Part shown: one piece after another, positions 19,988-30,337 of the stretch | Numbering within the stretch: position 1 is the stretch's first letter | Layout: each line of letters begins with the position of its first letter | Source of the DNA: Candidatus Latescibacterota bacterium | GTDB taxonomy: Bacteria; Latescibacterota; UBA2968; UBA8231 | Length of the DNA stretch: 64,000 nt | Reading direction: 5' to 3' | NCBI GenBank assembly: GCA_965197905.1 | Contig: CBDAOB010000005.1 | Span: forward strand, 928,001 to 992,000 | The notes under the pieces: model-generated | What the model was told of the DNA's origin: nothing | Seen by the model: the letters and a program-made list of their open reading frames with translations, nothing else | The model's database searches: none | Translations under genes and position numbers: made by a program

Positions 19988-20817
19988 CGCAAATCCAGAT
20001 AGCCTACAGCACCTATGGGTTGCGGTCGGTGGATCCGTTCGAAGCGGTCGAGCGGGTCAGCGCCATCGGGTACGAAGGACTCGAGATCAACTGCGGCCAT
20101 GACTGGCCTACCGCGCCGGATCGGTTCAGTGCAGACCACCGCAAGCGATTGAAGGATTCCTTTCAGACGGCCGGCTTTCCGCCGCCAGTCGTTATGAATC
20201 TCATCCATCTTTGCGCTCACGACGAAAACCCCGCCGAGAAGAGGGCGCTACTGGAAGCGACGTGTCGGCTCGCCCGCGATCTCTGTTGGGTCGATCAACC
20301 GTCGATCGTAACCACCACGCTCGGAAAACAGATGGAGATCTGGGAGATCTCTCGCGCGGCGGTTGTGTCCAAGCTCCGGCAGTACGTCGAGATCGCTGCC
20401 GCGCACAACGTGATTCTGGCCGCCGAAGCGCATGTGGGTCAGGAGCTGGATACCCCTGAAAAAGCGAGGTGGCTGGTGGAAACCATCGACCATCCCAACC
20501 TGAGACTCAACTTCGACTACAGCCATTTTCTGGTTCGCGACATCGATCTGCAGCACGCCCTGGACCTGAACGCAGAATACGCCGTCCACGCTCACATCAA
20601 GGATGGGCGTATGGTCGACGGCCAGGTGGTCTTCGCGCTACCCGGCGATGACCAGCTCCAGCTCGAGGATTATCTGCGACAGATGTATGCCTCGGGGCTA
20701 CGAATTCCCATTACCGTGGAGGTCAGCGCCCAGATCTGGAATGCGGAAGGGTACGATCCGTGGCGGACGGCCGAGCATTGCTTCGCGCGAATGGATGCGG
20801 CGAGGCGGGCAACTTGA
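19984..20817 (+). CDS. Sugar phosphate isomerase/epimerase (xylose-isomerase-like TIM barrel)
   Basis: GYEGLEI, AEAH, NFDYSH, HAHIKD and ITVEVS; TTG start overlaps the upstream stop. Confidence 0.8.
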   Translation: MTQIQIAYSTYGLRSVDPFEAVERVSAIGYEGLEINCGHDWPTAPDRFSADHRKRLKDSFQTAGFPPPVVMNLIHLCAHDENPAEKRALLEATCRLARDLCWVDQPSIVTTTLGKQMEIWEISRAAVVSKLRQYVEIAAAHNVILAAEAHVGQELDTPEKARWLVETIDHPNLRLNFDYSHFLVRDIDLQHALDLNAEYAVHAHIKDGRMVDGQVVFALPGDDQLQLEDYLRQMYASGLRIPITVEVSAQIWNAEGYDPWRTAEHCFARMDAARRAT

Positions 20818-22454
20818 TGTTTCAGTCAGAAGATCAAAACTTCCACCGGTTCTTTCAGGAGGTTTGCGAACTCGCCCCGCGCGCGCTGGCGTTATCAGCC
20901 GACGGGAAACCTTACACCTACCAGGAGCTTTGGGAAACGAGCGGCTGCCTCGCGAGGTCATTGCTCAAAGCCGGCCTCGATCCCGGTGACCGAGTCGGTC
21001 TCTGGCTTCCCAACAGCGTCGAATACATCCTTGGTCTCTTGGCGGTCTCCCGTGTCGGTGCCATAGCGATCCCCCTCAACACCCGCTTCAGGCAAGACGA
21101 TCTCAGCTTCCTGCTGCAACATTCCAAGATGGCCATGCTGGTGTGCCCCGCGACCTTCCTGCAGACCGATTACCCAGAACTGCTGCGGCGGTTAGCTCCC
21201 GACTTGAAGCCCCGCCCAAATGGGGAATGCAGCACCTCCTATATTCCCTCCCTGAAGCGTATTCTTACTGTCGCCGACACGCCGGCCAAGCCTTTCTGCT
21301 CCTTTTGGTCATTCCTAGAGGACGGCAAAGACGTCCCCGCAGGGCCCACCGAGCAGGCGGAGCAATCGGTTCAACCCGACGATATCTGCATCCTCATGTA
21401 TACCAGCGGAAGCATCGCCACGCCGAAAGGGGTGCTCCTCAAACACGCCTCCTGCGCCCGCAAACCAATCGTACTCGCGGAACGTCTGAAACTGAGAGCC
21501 GACGATCGTTTCTACACGGCCATGCCGCTCTCGCATGCTGCAGGACTGTTCAGCGGGTGGTGGCTCGCCGTTGCCGTCGGCGGCCCGCTCTTCACCCACT
21601 CCCGGTTCGACGCCCGGGAGACCTTGCGAACCCTGTCCGAGGAGGGGATTACGGTTGAGCGCTCATTTCCCACTCTGGTGATGGATCAGCTCGCCGTTGC
21701 CGAGGAGCGGAGGAACGAGTACGACCTCTCCAAACTGCGGACCGGACTTTCCTCGAGCCTCAACACCGAGGTGTTTGAGAAGCTCGAACGGGTCATAGGT
21801 CCTCACGAATACGTCAACAACTACGGCTTCACCGAAGCAACTGGCGTCGTGAGCCTTTCCTATCCTGAAGATCCCCCGGAGCTACGCTGGGAGAAGATGG
21901 GTAAGCCAATAGAAGGCATGGAGGTCCAGATCGTCGATCCCGATAGCGGCCTTGGCTTACATGCCGGAGAAGAGGGTGAAATCCTCGTTCGCGGGTGGGC
22001 AATGATGAAAGGGTACCATGATCCAGGACCTGAAGTCCCTCCCGCTTTCGATGGCAATGGCTGGTACCACACAGGCGATCTTGGGCGAATGGACCGCGAG
22101 GGTTATCTCACCTACCTGGGGCGCGTGGAGGAACGGTTGCGGGTAGGAGGAGAAAACGTAGTGCCCGAAGAGGTCAGCCTGTTTTTGCGCCGGCATCCCG
22201 AGGTCGAGGCAGCCGAGGTGTTTGGAATCCCGGACGAACGCCTGGGTGAGGTCCCGGCTGCCGTGATCCAGCTCAAGCCAGGGGCACGCTTCTCGGCCTC
22301 GGAGGTCCATGCCTATTGCCGGGACCGCATCGCCAGCTTCAAGATTCCCCAGCACATCCGTTTCGTTGACCAGATGCCCATCAGTGCCAGTCACAAGGTG
22401 GATCGCCGCAGGTTGCGGCAGGAGATACTCGAAGGGCTCGGCATCGAGATGTAG
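20817..22454 (+). CDS. AMP-dependent acyl-CoA synthetase/ligase
   Basis: YTSGSIATPKG, YGFTE, WYHTGDLG, VGGENV and SHKVDR. Confidence 0.9.
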   Translation: MFQSEDQNFHRFFQEVCELAPRALALSADGKPYTYQELWETSGCLARSLLKAGLDPGDRVGLWLPNSVEYILGLLAVSRVGAIAIPLNTRFRQDDLSFLLQHSKMAMLVCPATFLQTDYPELLRRLAPDLKPRPNGECSTSYIPSLKRILTVADTPAKPFCSFWSFLEDGKDVPAGPTEQAEQSVQPDDICILMYTSGSIATPKGVLLKHASCARKPIVLAERLKLRADDRFYTAMPLSHAAGLFSGWWLAVAVGGPLFTHSRFDARETLRTLSEEGITVERSFPTLVMDQLAVAEERRNEYDLSKLRTGLSSSLNTEVFEKLERVIGPHEYVNNYGFTEATGVVSLSYPEDPPELRWEKMGKPIEGMEVQIVDPDSGLGLHAGEEGEILVRGWAMMKGYHDPGPEVPPAFDGNGWYHTGDLGRMDREGYLTYLGRVEERLRVGGENVVPEEVSLFLRRHPEVEAAEVFGIPDERLGEVPAAVIQLKPGARFSASEVHAYCRDRIASFKIPQHIRFVDQMPISASHKVDRRRLRQEILEGLGIEM

Positions 22455-22605
22455 TCCATCGGCTGGATCCTAGGGGAAACACTGGTCCTGTCTTGCATAC
22501 CGGTGTTTATTTGAGGTGAGAGGACTTCAATGCTCCTGGTGAGCAACCCGCAGCTGCACGTTACCTACGAGACGAGATTCCCCTAAATAGACAGGTGTAG
22601 CAAGC

Positions 22606-23622
22606 ATGGCTGCCGACCACACAGTTTTATTCGTCGACGACGACGAAGCGATAGTTCAACAGTTTGCCGATTTGTTGCAGCGGGAGGACTTCGATGTTGC
22701 CACTGCCACGGGAGCGGAAGCCGGGTTCAACCTGCTCCGCGAGCGATCGATTTCCCTGGCCATCGTCGACGAAAGTATGCCGGAGATACTGGGCGCGGAC
22801 TTCCTCGAGAGAGCGGCCTCCATTTCGCCGGACACGATCCGAATCCTGCTGACCAGTTCCACCGACGAAGAGGAGGCCATCGCCGCTCTCGGGGCCGGCA
22901 AAATCAATCGCTATCTTTCGAAGCCGTGGGATGATCAACAGCTCAAAATGACGATCCGTGAGGCGCTGACCAGGTTTGATCTGGAGGAAAAGAATCGCCA
23001 GCTGACGAGCGAACTGCAGCAAAAAAACGATGAGCTTGAGCGGAAGATTGTAGAAAGAACGAGCGAGTTGCGGGAGCGTTTGAAGGAGCTGGAAGCGAGG
23101 GACCGGATCGCCCAGCACGTTTTGACGATCCACACCTTGAGCGAGACCCTCGATGTCCTTCTGGATATTATGGTGGAGGTGCTGAGATTCGACCGCGCCC
23201 TAATCCTCCTCCTGGAGGACGGTGAAATGCAGCCGGTTGCCGCCATAGGCGTGACTGCACCGCGGATCAGGGTGCCTGCCCGGGAGGTGGGTCAACTGCG
23301 ATTCTCTGGTGCGCTGAAAAACGCTGTAAGTCTCGTACCGAAATCTATGGTTGAGTCGCGCATCGACGACGAAGAGGAAGGTTTCCAGTTCGGTATGGTC
23401 CCCATGCTACGTGGGGGCGAACTGATTGGTGTGATCGAATTCGACAATCACCGCACGGGTGGCGCCATTTCGGACGACGAATTGCAGACCATGACGCGGC
23501 TCGCGCTCCCCGCGGCGGTCGCTATCCATGACGCCCTTATTCATCAGGATGTGGACGACTGGAAGGGGCACCTGGATAAGGTGTTTCTAGAAATGTCAGA
23601 ACTGCGTGATCGGGCCGATTGA
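22606..23622 (+). CDS. Response regulator: REC domain, coiled coil and GAF-like domain
   Basis: LFVDDD, IVDESMP, YLSKPW, then LERKIVERTSEL and VPMLRGGELIGVIEFDN. Confidence 0.8.
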   Translation: MAADHTVLFVDDDEAIVQQFADLLQREDFDVATATGAEAGFNLLRERSISLAIVDESMPEILGADFLERAASISPDTIRILLTSSTDEEEAIAALGAGKINRYLSKPWDDQQLKMTIREALTRFDLEEKNRQLTSELQQKNDELERKIVERTSELRERLKELEARDRIAQHVLTIHTLSETLDVLLDIMVEVLRFDRALILLLEDGEMQPVAAIGVTAPRIRVPAREVGQLRFSGALKNAVSLVPKSMVESRIDDEEEGFQFGMVPMLRGGELIGVIEFDNHRTGGAISDDELQTMTRLALPAAVAIHDALIHQDVDDWKGHLDKVFLEMSELRDRAD

Positions 23623-23675
23623 TCGAGAGGCGCGGCGAAGCAGGCGAATCGAAACTACGGACTAGATAGGCGCGA

Positions 23676-25874
23676 ATGCCGAGAAGGGATCGCAGTTCCA
23701 GGAAGCCGCGGCGGCATCCTTCCAGTTCAGTGTCGATAGATGAAGCGTATCTGGATGCGGTGGAGAAGGACGCTGGTGCGACGGCGGAAGCGCCAGCGGA
23801 ATCTCAGTCCGCTGCCCCGGCAGATGGGCCGGTCGAGGGTAGCCAACGACAAACCTTCGGCAGCGCAGGCGCCGCCTGGATCGATCTCGAGATATCCAGC
23901 GACGGAAACCGAGCCACGCTAAAAGCGGTATCCTTCGCCGGTGACAAGGAAATCGGCTTCGACGATCTGAAAGAGGCACTGGCGCAGCAGTACCACATCA
24001 AGTACGGATTAAACGACAAGCTCGTTCAGCAGTTGGCCGCCCGCGCCGCCAAGGCACCTTACGGAGTCATACGGGGGGATTTCCCCATCGCCGAAGGAAA
24101 ACCGCCGAACCCGGGGGAGGATGGTCGCATCGAGTACCCGTGTCTCGACAAGCTTCCCCAAGATGCGTCGTTGTCCCACACTGAGTTACCGGCCGCGATC
24201 GCCGGATCAGACGAGGCGCCGCCAGACAATCTGCTCACCTTGCTCGTCGCACCGGGAACGGAGGTGGCCAAGCTGTTCCCACCAGGGAATGGGGAACCTG
24301 GCTCGGACATTTTTGGCCAGGCGACCATGCTCGAAGGTGTTAAAGCAGAATTGAAACCCGGCGTAAACGTCTCCGAGTCCGAAGGAGTTATCACTTCCGA
24401 GACCCTCGGCTATCTGCGAATATTGAAAGACGAGATTTCCGTCTTGTCGCCGCTGCGAATCTCGGAAGACAAGATGGAGGCGTGCCTCGTTTTCCTCCCA
24501 GAAGCGCAAGCGCCGCCGCCGCTTGAGACCGACTGGCTGATGCAGATGCTGGAGGCCGCGAACGTCAAGGCGGGGATCCTCGACGCGGCTCTCGAAGGGA
24601 TTTGTCACACCCTTCCCGAAACTCCGTCCATCGTACTGGTGGCGAAAGGAACGCCGCCGCGACCCGGGAAAGATACCCACATCGATTTCGTAGTCGACCT
24701 GGAGAAGAGGTCGGGCAAATTCCGGAAAGACGGATCAGTCGACCTGAGGGAGCGCAACTCCGCTATCGGCGTTACCACCGGTCAATCTCTGGGTCAGGTT
24801 GTGCCAGCGACTGCAGGAAGCCCGGGTACGGATGTCACTGGCACGGAAATATCTACCACCGACGGGACCACGAAAGAGTTTGTCGCCGGTGAGAACGTGA
24901 GATTGGAATCCAAAGGCGACGTTTCGGAGTTCCTCGCCGAATGTGACGGCAATCTCTCCTTCGATGGCTCGACGATAACGGTCAGTCAGATTTTTGCGGT
25001 AAAGGGAGACGTGGACTACGAGGTGGGTAACATTCACGCTCCCGAGGAAGTCCAGATCAGCGGTTCCGTTTGTTCGGGTTTCACGGTAGAGGCCGGCGGA
25101 AGTGTAACCATTGGCGGCGCAATCGAAGCAGGGGCCTACGTAAACGCCCAGGGGGACGTACTGGTTGCTCAGAGCATCGTCGGTGAAACCACCAGGGTGA
25201 TTTCGCTCGGAGACGTTGTCACCAAGTTCATCCAAAACAGCTCGGTTGTCGCCAGACGGGACGTCCTTGTAGGCAGTTACATCTTCAACGCTCATGTTCA
25301 GTCCGGACGCAGGATCGTGGTGGAACAGGGGGGTGGAGCGAGGGGAGGCAGCATCATTGGGGGCGATGTTCAAGCAGCCCAGGAGATCGAAGCGCGGCAT
25401 CTGGGGTCCACTTCAACAGATCAGACAGTGGTCGGGATTTGTCTAGATCCCCAAATCTCGGCGAAGATGAGGAGATTCCGCGAAACCATTGATGCCTGTA
25501 ACGGCCACATCCTGCGGATACTCCGCACGCTCGGTTTGCAGAAGGTCGATGCTGGGCAGATCAAGGAACTGATCAGGAAGACCCCGAAGAGTCGGCGGAA
25601 ACCGGTCGTCGAGATGGTCGAAAAACTGAACGAGCTCTTGATGTCACGGCGCGAACCCCTGAGGATGTTCGACGAACTGGAGAAGCAGAACACCCAAGGC
25701 TTCGAGAAATGCCGCGTGAAGGTGACCGAGAAGGTATTCGCCAATGTCGAAGTCGTCATCGGCGAGCAGAGCAATCTCGTTGCAGACGATCTGGGCGCCT
25801 CCGTGTTCTACAGGACCCCCGAGGGAATTCGGTATCGGCCGCTGCTGGAGGAGGACTCAGCGGAGCTGGAATAG
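23676..25874 (+). CDS. FapA (DUF342) family protein with repeated N-terminal module
   Basis: IAEGKPPNPGEDG, DGSVDLRE, GDVDYEVGNI, V.ISGSV.SGF.VEAGG, GSIIGG and a C-terminal coiled coil. Confidence 0.8.
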   Translation: MPRRDRSSRKPRRHPSSSVSIDEAYLDAVEKDAGATAEAPAESQSAAPADGPVEGSQRQTFGSAGAAWIDLEISSDGNRATLKAVSFAGDKEIGFDDLKEALAQQYHIKYGLNDKLVQQLAARAAKAPYGVIRGDFPIAEGKPPNPGEDGRIEYPCLDKLPQDASLSHTELPAAIAGSDEAPPDNLLTLLVAPGTEVAKLFPPGNGEPGSDIFGQATMLEGVKAELKPGVNVSESEGVITSETLGYLRILKDEISVLSPLRISEDKMEACLVFLPEAQAPPPLETDWLMQMLEAANVKAGILDAALEGICHTLPETPSIVLVAKGTPPRPGKDTHIDFVVDLEKRSGKFRKDGSVDLRERNSAIGVTTGQSLGQVVPATAGSPGTDVTGTEISTTDGTTKEFVAGENVRLESKGDVSEFLAECDGNLSFDGSTITVSQIFAVKGDVDYEVGNIHAPEEVQISGSVCSGFTVEAGGSVTIGGAIEAGAYVNAQGDVLVAQSIVGETTRVISLGDVVTKFIQNSSVVARRDVLVGSYIFNAHVQSGRRIVVEQGGGARGGSIIGGDVQAAQEIEARHLGSTSTDQTVVGICLDPQISAKMRRFRETIDACNGHILRILRTLGLQKVDAGQIKELIRKTPKSRRKPVVEMVEKLNELLMSRREPLRMFDELEKQNTQGFEKCRVKVTEKVFANVEVVIGEQSNLVADDLGASVFYRTPEGIRYRPLLEEDSAELE

Positions 25875-25976
25875 CTCCACTTGATGCGATCCGCTCGATT
25901 TGCCACGCATGGAACCAATCGGATTTGGATGGCCCCTAGTTAGTAGATCGATACTCCAACGTCAGGGAGTGATAGT

Positions 25977-27301
25977 ATGCCGAAGGTCGTCTTCATAGGG
26001 GCAGGTAGCTTCGGGTTTACCCGAAACCTGGTCCGCGACCTGCTTACCTATAAGTCTTTGCGAAGCTCCGAGATCGCCCTGGTCGACATCAATAGGCGAC
26101 GGCTCGATTTCGCTCGTCGCGCGTGCCAAAAGCTGATCGATCAGGGGGGTACGGCGCCACCGTTACAGCGACCACCGAACGTCGCGAGGTTTTGCCAAGA
26201 GCTGACGCCGTGTGTGTGACCATCCGGCGCGGGGCCACAAGTGTCTGGCAACACGACATCCTGATTCCGAAGAAGTACGGCATCGACACCAACGTGGGCG
26301 ATACCCGCGGACCCAGCGGAATCTTCCGTGCCCTGCGCACCATACCGGAGATGTTGGCCATAGCGCACGACATGGAGAAGCTTTGCCCGCGGGCCATCAT
26401 GCTCAATTATACCAATCCGATGGCAATGCTCTGCCACGCCATGCAGCGAGAGACCGATGTCCAGCTGACCGGCCTCTGCCACTCGATGCAGGGAACAGCG
26501 ACGATGATCGAAGGCTGGCTCGGTCTCAAGCCCGGGCAGATGGACTACCAATGCGCCGGCATCAACCACATGGCCTGGTACCTTAAGCTGGAACACCGTG
26601 GCCGCGACCTCTACCCGAAGCTGAAGAGGGTCGTATCAACGAACAAGGAGGTGTACAACCACGAACAGGTCCGCAACGAGATGTTTTTGGCCCTGGGAAG
26701 TTACGTCACCGAGTCCAGCGGCCACAATTCCGAGTACAACTGGTGGTTCCGCAAGCGACCGGATCTGATCCGCCAGTACTGCACCCAAGGGACCGGATGG
26801 AATCCCGGCCGCTACGCTTACATCCTGAACGAATACCGCAAACGAGAGAAGACCTGGCAGGGCTCAGTGAAGGATTGGTTGGCGCAGAGCGAGGTGTCGC
26901 TGGAACGTGGCCATGAATACGCCGCATCGATCGTAAACGCTTTCCTCGGTGGCGAGATCTTCGAATTCAATGGCAACGTGGTCAACGATGGCCTCGTCGA
27001 CAACCTTCCCGAGGGAGCCTGCGTCGAGGTGCCTGTGGTCGCCAGCCGCAAGGGGTTCGAGCCGATTCGCGTTGGCCGTCTACCACCTGCGTGCGCCATG
27101 CTGACGGGCCTGAGTGCCCAGATAGAGATGATGGCAGTGGAAGGGTATTTGCAGGGCGATGCAGACCTCGTGTACCAGGCGATCGCTCACGATCCGTTGA
27201 CGGCAGCGAAGCTCTCGCTGGCAGAAATCCGCAAGATGGTGAAGGAGATGTTCCGCAAGAATCGGAAGTGGCTGCCCCAATTCAAAAACGTGGATTTGTA
27301 G
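25977..27301 (+). CDS. melA: GH4 family alpha-galactosidase, 1-nt frameshift in G6 run at about 26144-26149 (441 aa if corrected)
   Basis: [55 protein letters not shown] and HDPLT; ORFs 25977 and 26123 join at CAGGGGGGTAC. Confidence 0.85.
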
Positions 27302-27329
27302 CGCCACCTCCAATCGCGAAACGAAAATT

Positions 27330-28358
27330 TTGAGGTACGATTCGGTCCGACACTTCACGGCTTCCTATGGTGCATTTGAGCCGGAATTCGAATTCAGCGC
27401 GCGGACGCGCCCCGAGTTGGAGGAATGGCAGCAGGCCTTCAGGCCGCGGCAGGTTCTGGGCCTGGACAATCTTGCTGCAGACCTCGAGGACCACCAGCCA
27501 ACCGCACAGCGACAGTCGACGGAGGATGTGGGAGATCATATCCGGGACGTTTGGCACATACAGGTCGAACCCACGGTTCCACTGCCGTTCTACCTGCTGC
27601 GTCCCAAAACGATCTCGAATCCGGTGCCGCTTGTTCTAACCCCCCACGGACACAACCACCCCCATCTCTACGCCGGGATTGCGAAGGACGACAAGGAGGC
27701 GGCCGAGATCGAGGAAGGAGAGCGCGATATTGCCGTGCAGGCGGTGCGGGAGGGGTACATCGCGATTGCGCCCACGACGCGCGCCTTCGGGAAAACGCGC
27801 ACCGAAAAGGACAAAGCGGAGAATAGCGGGAACTCCTGTCGTAGCCAGCTCATGCACGGATTGCTGGCCGGCCGCACGCCGATCGGCGAGCGGGTATACG
27901 ATATGGGATGCCTGATCGACTGGGCGGTGGCAAATCTGCCAGTGGACGCGCGGCGCATCGCCATGACCGGCAATTCCGGCGGCGGCACCGTAACCCTGTT
28001 TACCTCCGCCTGTGATACTCGCATCGCCGTGGCGATGCCAGGGTGTTATTTCTGCACGTTCCAAGGCAGCATCGGTCTCATCGCACACTGTGACTGCAAT
28101 TACGTGCCCGGAATTTTACGGTTGGGAGAGATGTATGATGTTGCGGGACTGATCGCGCCGCGGCCATTTTCCGCCATTGCCGGCAAGGAGGATGGGATAT
28201 TTCCGCTCGAGCAGGTGGAATTTGCTTACGAACGGTTGCAGAGGGTCTACACCGTGGCCGGTGCGGCTGATCGCTGCCAGCTATATGTGGGCGAGGGTGG
28301 ACATCGATACTACAAGGATGGCGCCTGGCCCTTTCTGAGAGGGTATTTCTGCCAATAG
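27330..28358 (+). CDS. Alpha/beta hydrolase (dienelactone hydrolase/esterase-like)
   Basis: PHGH, GNSGGG nucleophile elbow, DGIFP and GGHRY. Confidence 0.85.
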   Translation: MRYDSVRHFTASYGAFEPEFEFSARTRPELEEWQQAFRPRQVLGLDNLAADLEDHQPTAQRQSTEDVGDHIRDVWHIQVEPTVPLPFYLLRPKTISNPVPLVLTPHGHNHPHLYAGIAKDDKEAAEIEEGERDIAVQAVREGYIAIAPTTRAFGKTRTEKDKAENSGNSCRSQLMHGLLAGRTPIGERVYDMGCLIDWAVANLPVDARRIAMTGNSGGGTVTLFTSACDTRIAVAMPGCYFCTFQGSIGLIAHCDCNYVPGILRLGEMYDVAGLIAPRPFSAIAGKEDGIFPLEQVEFAYERLQRVYTVAGAADRCQLYVGEGGHRYYKDGAWPFLRGYFCQ

Positions 28359-28361
28359 GAT

Positions 28362-29099
28362 ATGGCTATCAAAACCTCCGACATCCAACGCCCGCCGCGA
28401 GAGTTGATCGACGCCTTTGCCGCCGTCGGCAGTGCGACCGCCAGCGGCGAGCTCCATAAACTGGGCATCCGCGACCCTCAGCTTCACGGCCTTTCGTCGC
28501 GCATCCCGGGAAAGACGGTCGTTGGTCCCGCCCTGACTCTCCAGTTCCTGCCCAAGCGCGAAGATCTCTACAACGTCGACGAGTACGCCGATCCGGAGCA
28601 GCAGATGCACCGCCACGCGCTCTATCACACCCAGCCGGGAGACGTCGTGGTGGTCGACGCGCGGTCCGACTTGAGCAGTGGTGTCTTCGGCGACATGATG
28701 CTCACCTACTTCAAGGGCCGCGGTGGGATCGGCGTATTCGTGGACGGCTGTATCAGGGATTTCCCCAAGGTTCAGGAGCTTGGTCTCGGGCTTTGGCTGC
28801 GCGGTGTTACCCCGAATTATCATACCCAGACCAACATTTTTCCCAACGCCGTCAACGTTCCGATCGCCTGTGGCGGTACGGTGGTAGTGCCAGGCGATAT
28901 CATCATCGCCGACGACGACGGGGCCGTGGTTGTGCCCATCGACCTCGCGCCAGAGTTGGCGCGCGTCGCCAACGAGCACGCCGAATGGGAGGATTTCAGC
29001 CGTATGAAACTGGCGGAGGGAGGCGATCTGCGCCGCTACTATCCGTTGTCGGAAGAGGCACGGAAAGAGTACGAGGAGTGGAAGAAGGGACAGGCGTAG
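28362..29099 (+). CDS. RraA-like/HMG aldolase family protein
   Basis: VGPALTLQF, GVFGD, DGCIRD and VVPGDIIIADDDGAVVVP. Confidence 0.85.
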   Translation: MAIKTSDIQRPPRELIDAFAAVGSATASGELHKLGIRDPQLHGLSSRIPGKTVVGPALTLQFLPKREDLYNVDEYADPEQQMHRHALYHTQPGDVVVVDARSDLSSGVFGDMMLTYFKGRGGIGVFVDGCIRDFPKVQELGLGLWLRGVTPNYHTQTNIFPNAVNVPIACGGTVVVPGDIIIADDDGAVVVPIDLAPELARVANEHAEWEDFSRMKLAEGGDLRRYYPLSEEARKEYEEWKKGQA

Positions 29100-29876
29100 A
29101 TGCTGGACTTCGATCGTTCCTTCGTCTTCTTCGAATCGGATTTCGAAGCGCATCCTCCCAAGATGGTCTCCGATTTGCGGCAGAATGTGCACAACCGTGC
29201 CCGGATATGCATCGACTGCCACCTGCGCCTCACGGACCAGAGCGGCACCACGACCGATTATTACCTGTCGGAGGCGTGCAAGACGGAAAGGGTGGGGGCC
29301 GACATGGCACTGGGTATTTTTACGCAGCCCAATGCCGATTTCCGCATCATCATGTCAGATGCGGACTCGATCATCATCAAGAGCTGGGACAAAAACGAGC
29401 GGGGCGTCATGCTCGATCCGCCGTCGCTGGGGCCACAGCCAGAGCGGCAGGTCATCCCGACTTCCTCGTTCTGGAAGTACCACTTTCTGTTGAATCGAAG
29501 GAACGTCGACGAGCTCGCAACCCCGGATGCGGTTGTTCAGGCGGTAGACGAGGGATTGCCTGTGGTCGCGCGAACCGAGTACACCTCCAACGGGTATGGA
29601 ATTGTCATCGATTACCCGGTGACAACCATCAACGTCAGCGAGCGGCACAACTTCTACCAGACCGATACAGGCCCGGTCGTTTATGCCGACTTCGCAGCGC
29701 CCGTGGAGTGCTCCGCCGAAGCATTCTGGCTCGCTTTTGCGGCGTTCAACACGACGGACTGGGTCGAGTTCGTCGTCAACCGGCCAACCCCAATCGTTGC
29801 CGGGATCTCGGTGAACCATTACTCCGAGACCGTTCAGATAACAGGCTGCAGAAACACACTCTTCGCCGCAGCGTGA
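29100..29876 (+). CDS. Hypothetical protein
   Basis: 258-aa ORF abutting the RraA stop; no recognised motif. Confidence 0.65.
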   Translation: MLDFDRSFVFFESDFEAHPPKMVSDLRQNVHNRARICIDCHLRLTDQSGTTTDYYLSEACKTERVGADMALGIFTQPNADFRIIMSDADSIIIKSWDKNERGVMLDPPSLGPQPERQVIPTSSFWKYHFLLNRRNVDELATPDAVVQAVDEGLPVVARTEYTSNGYGIVIDYPVTTINVSERHNFYQTDTGPVVYADFAAPVECSAEAFWLAFAAFNTTDWVEFVVNRPTPIVAGISVNHYSETVQITGCRNTLFAAA

Positions 29877-29937
29877 CGCGCGCCTAAATCACCGACTCCA
29901 GCAGACGTTCCTCATCGATTTCAATATTGATTTCTGC

Positions 29938-29967
29938 TTGACCTCCGCCTCACAAATGACCTATATC
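29938..29967 (+). promoter_or_regulatory. Possible sigma70-type promoter for the parvulin gene
   Basis: TTGACC, 18-nt spacer, TATATC, about 65 nt upstream of ATG 30033. Confidence 0.3.
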
Positions 29968-30032
29968 ACCTCTCCATGGTCGCACGCCTCACGGCGTCTA
30001 TTCTCAGACAACCTCCCTGAAAGGAACTATCG

Positions 30033-30314
30033 ATGCCCACAGCCGCAGCTCGCCACATCCTGGTCAAAACTGAAGAGGAATGCAGTCAGCTCAAGGAAGA
30101 GATTGAAGGGGGTGCCGATTTCGCTGCGCTCGCTGCCGAACACTCCCAGTGCCCTTCCGGTAAGGAAGGCGGTGATCTCGGTGAGTTCGGACCTGGACAG
30201 ATGGTGCCGGAGTTCGACAAAGTCGTTTTCAGCGCCGCGGTGGGCACCGTTCAAGGGCCGGTGCAGACGCAGTTCGGTTACCATTTGCTGAAAGTGACCT
30301 CGCGAACCGAGTAG
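30033..30314 (+). CDS. ppiC: Parvulin-type peptidyl-prolyl isomerase
   Basis: [30 protein letters not shown] and TQFGYHL; 93 aa. Confidence 0.92.
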   Translation: MPTAAARHILVKTEEECSQLKEEIEGGADFAALAAEHSQCPSGKEGGDLGEFGPGQMVPEFDKVVFSAAVGTVQGPVQTQFGYHLLKVTSRTE

Positions 30315-30337
30315 CGCGGCTACGGAGGATACCTGAA

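Noticed and set aside
26140..26152. Programmed frameshift or phase variation in melA
   Set aside because: G6 is short, no stimulatory structure is evident, and similar indels elsewhere point to sequencing error.
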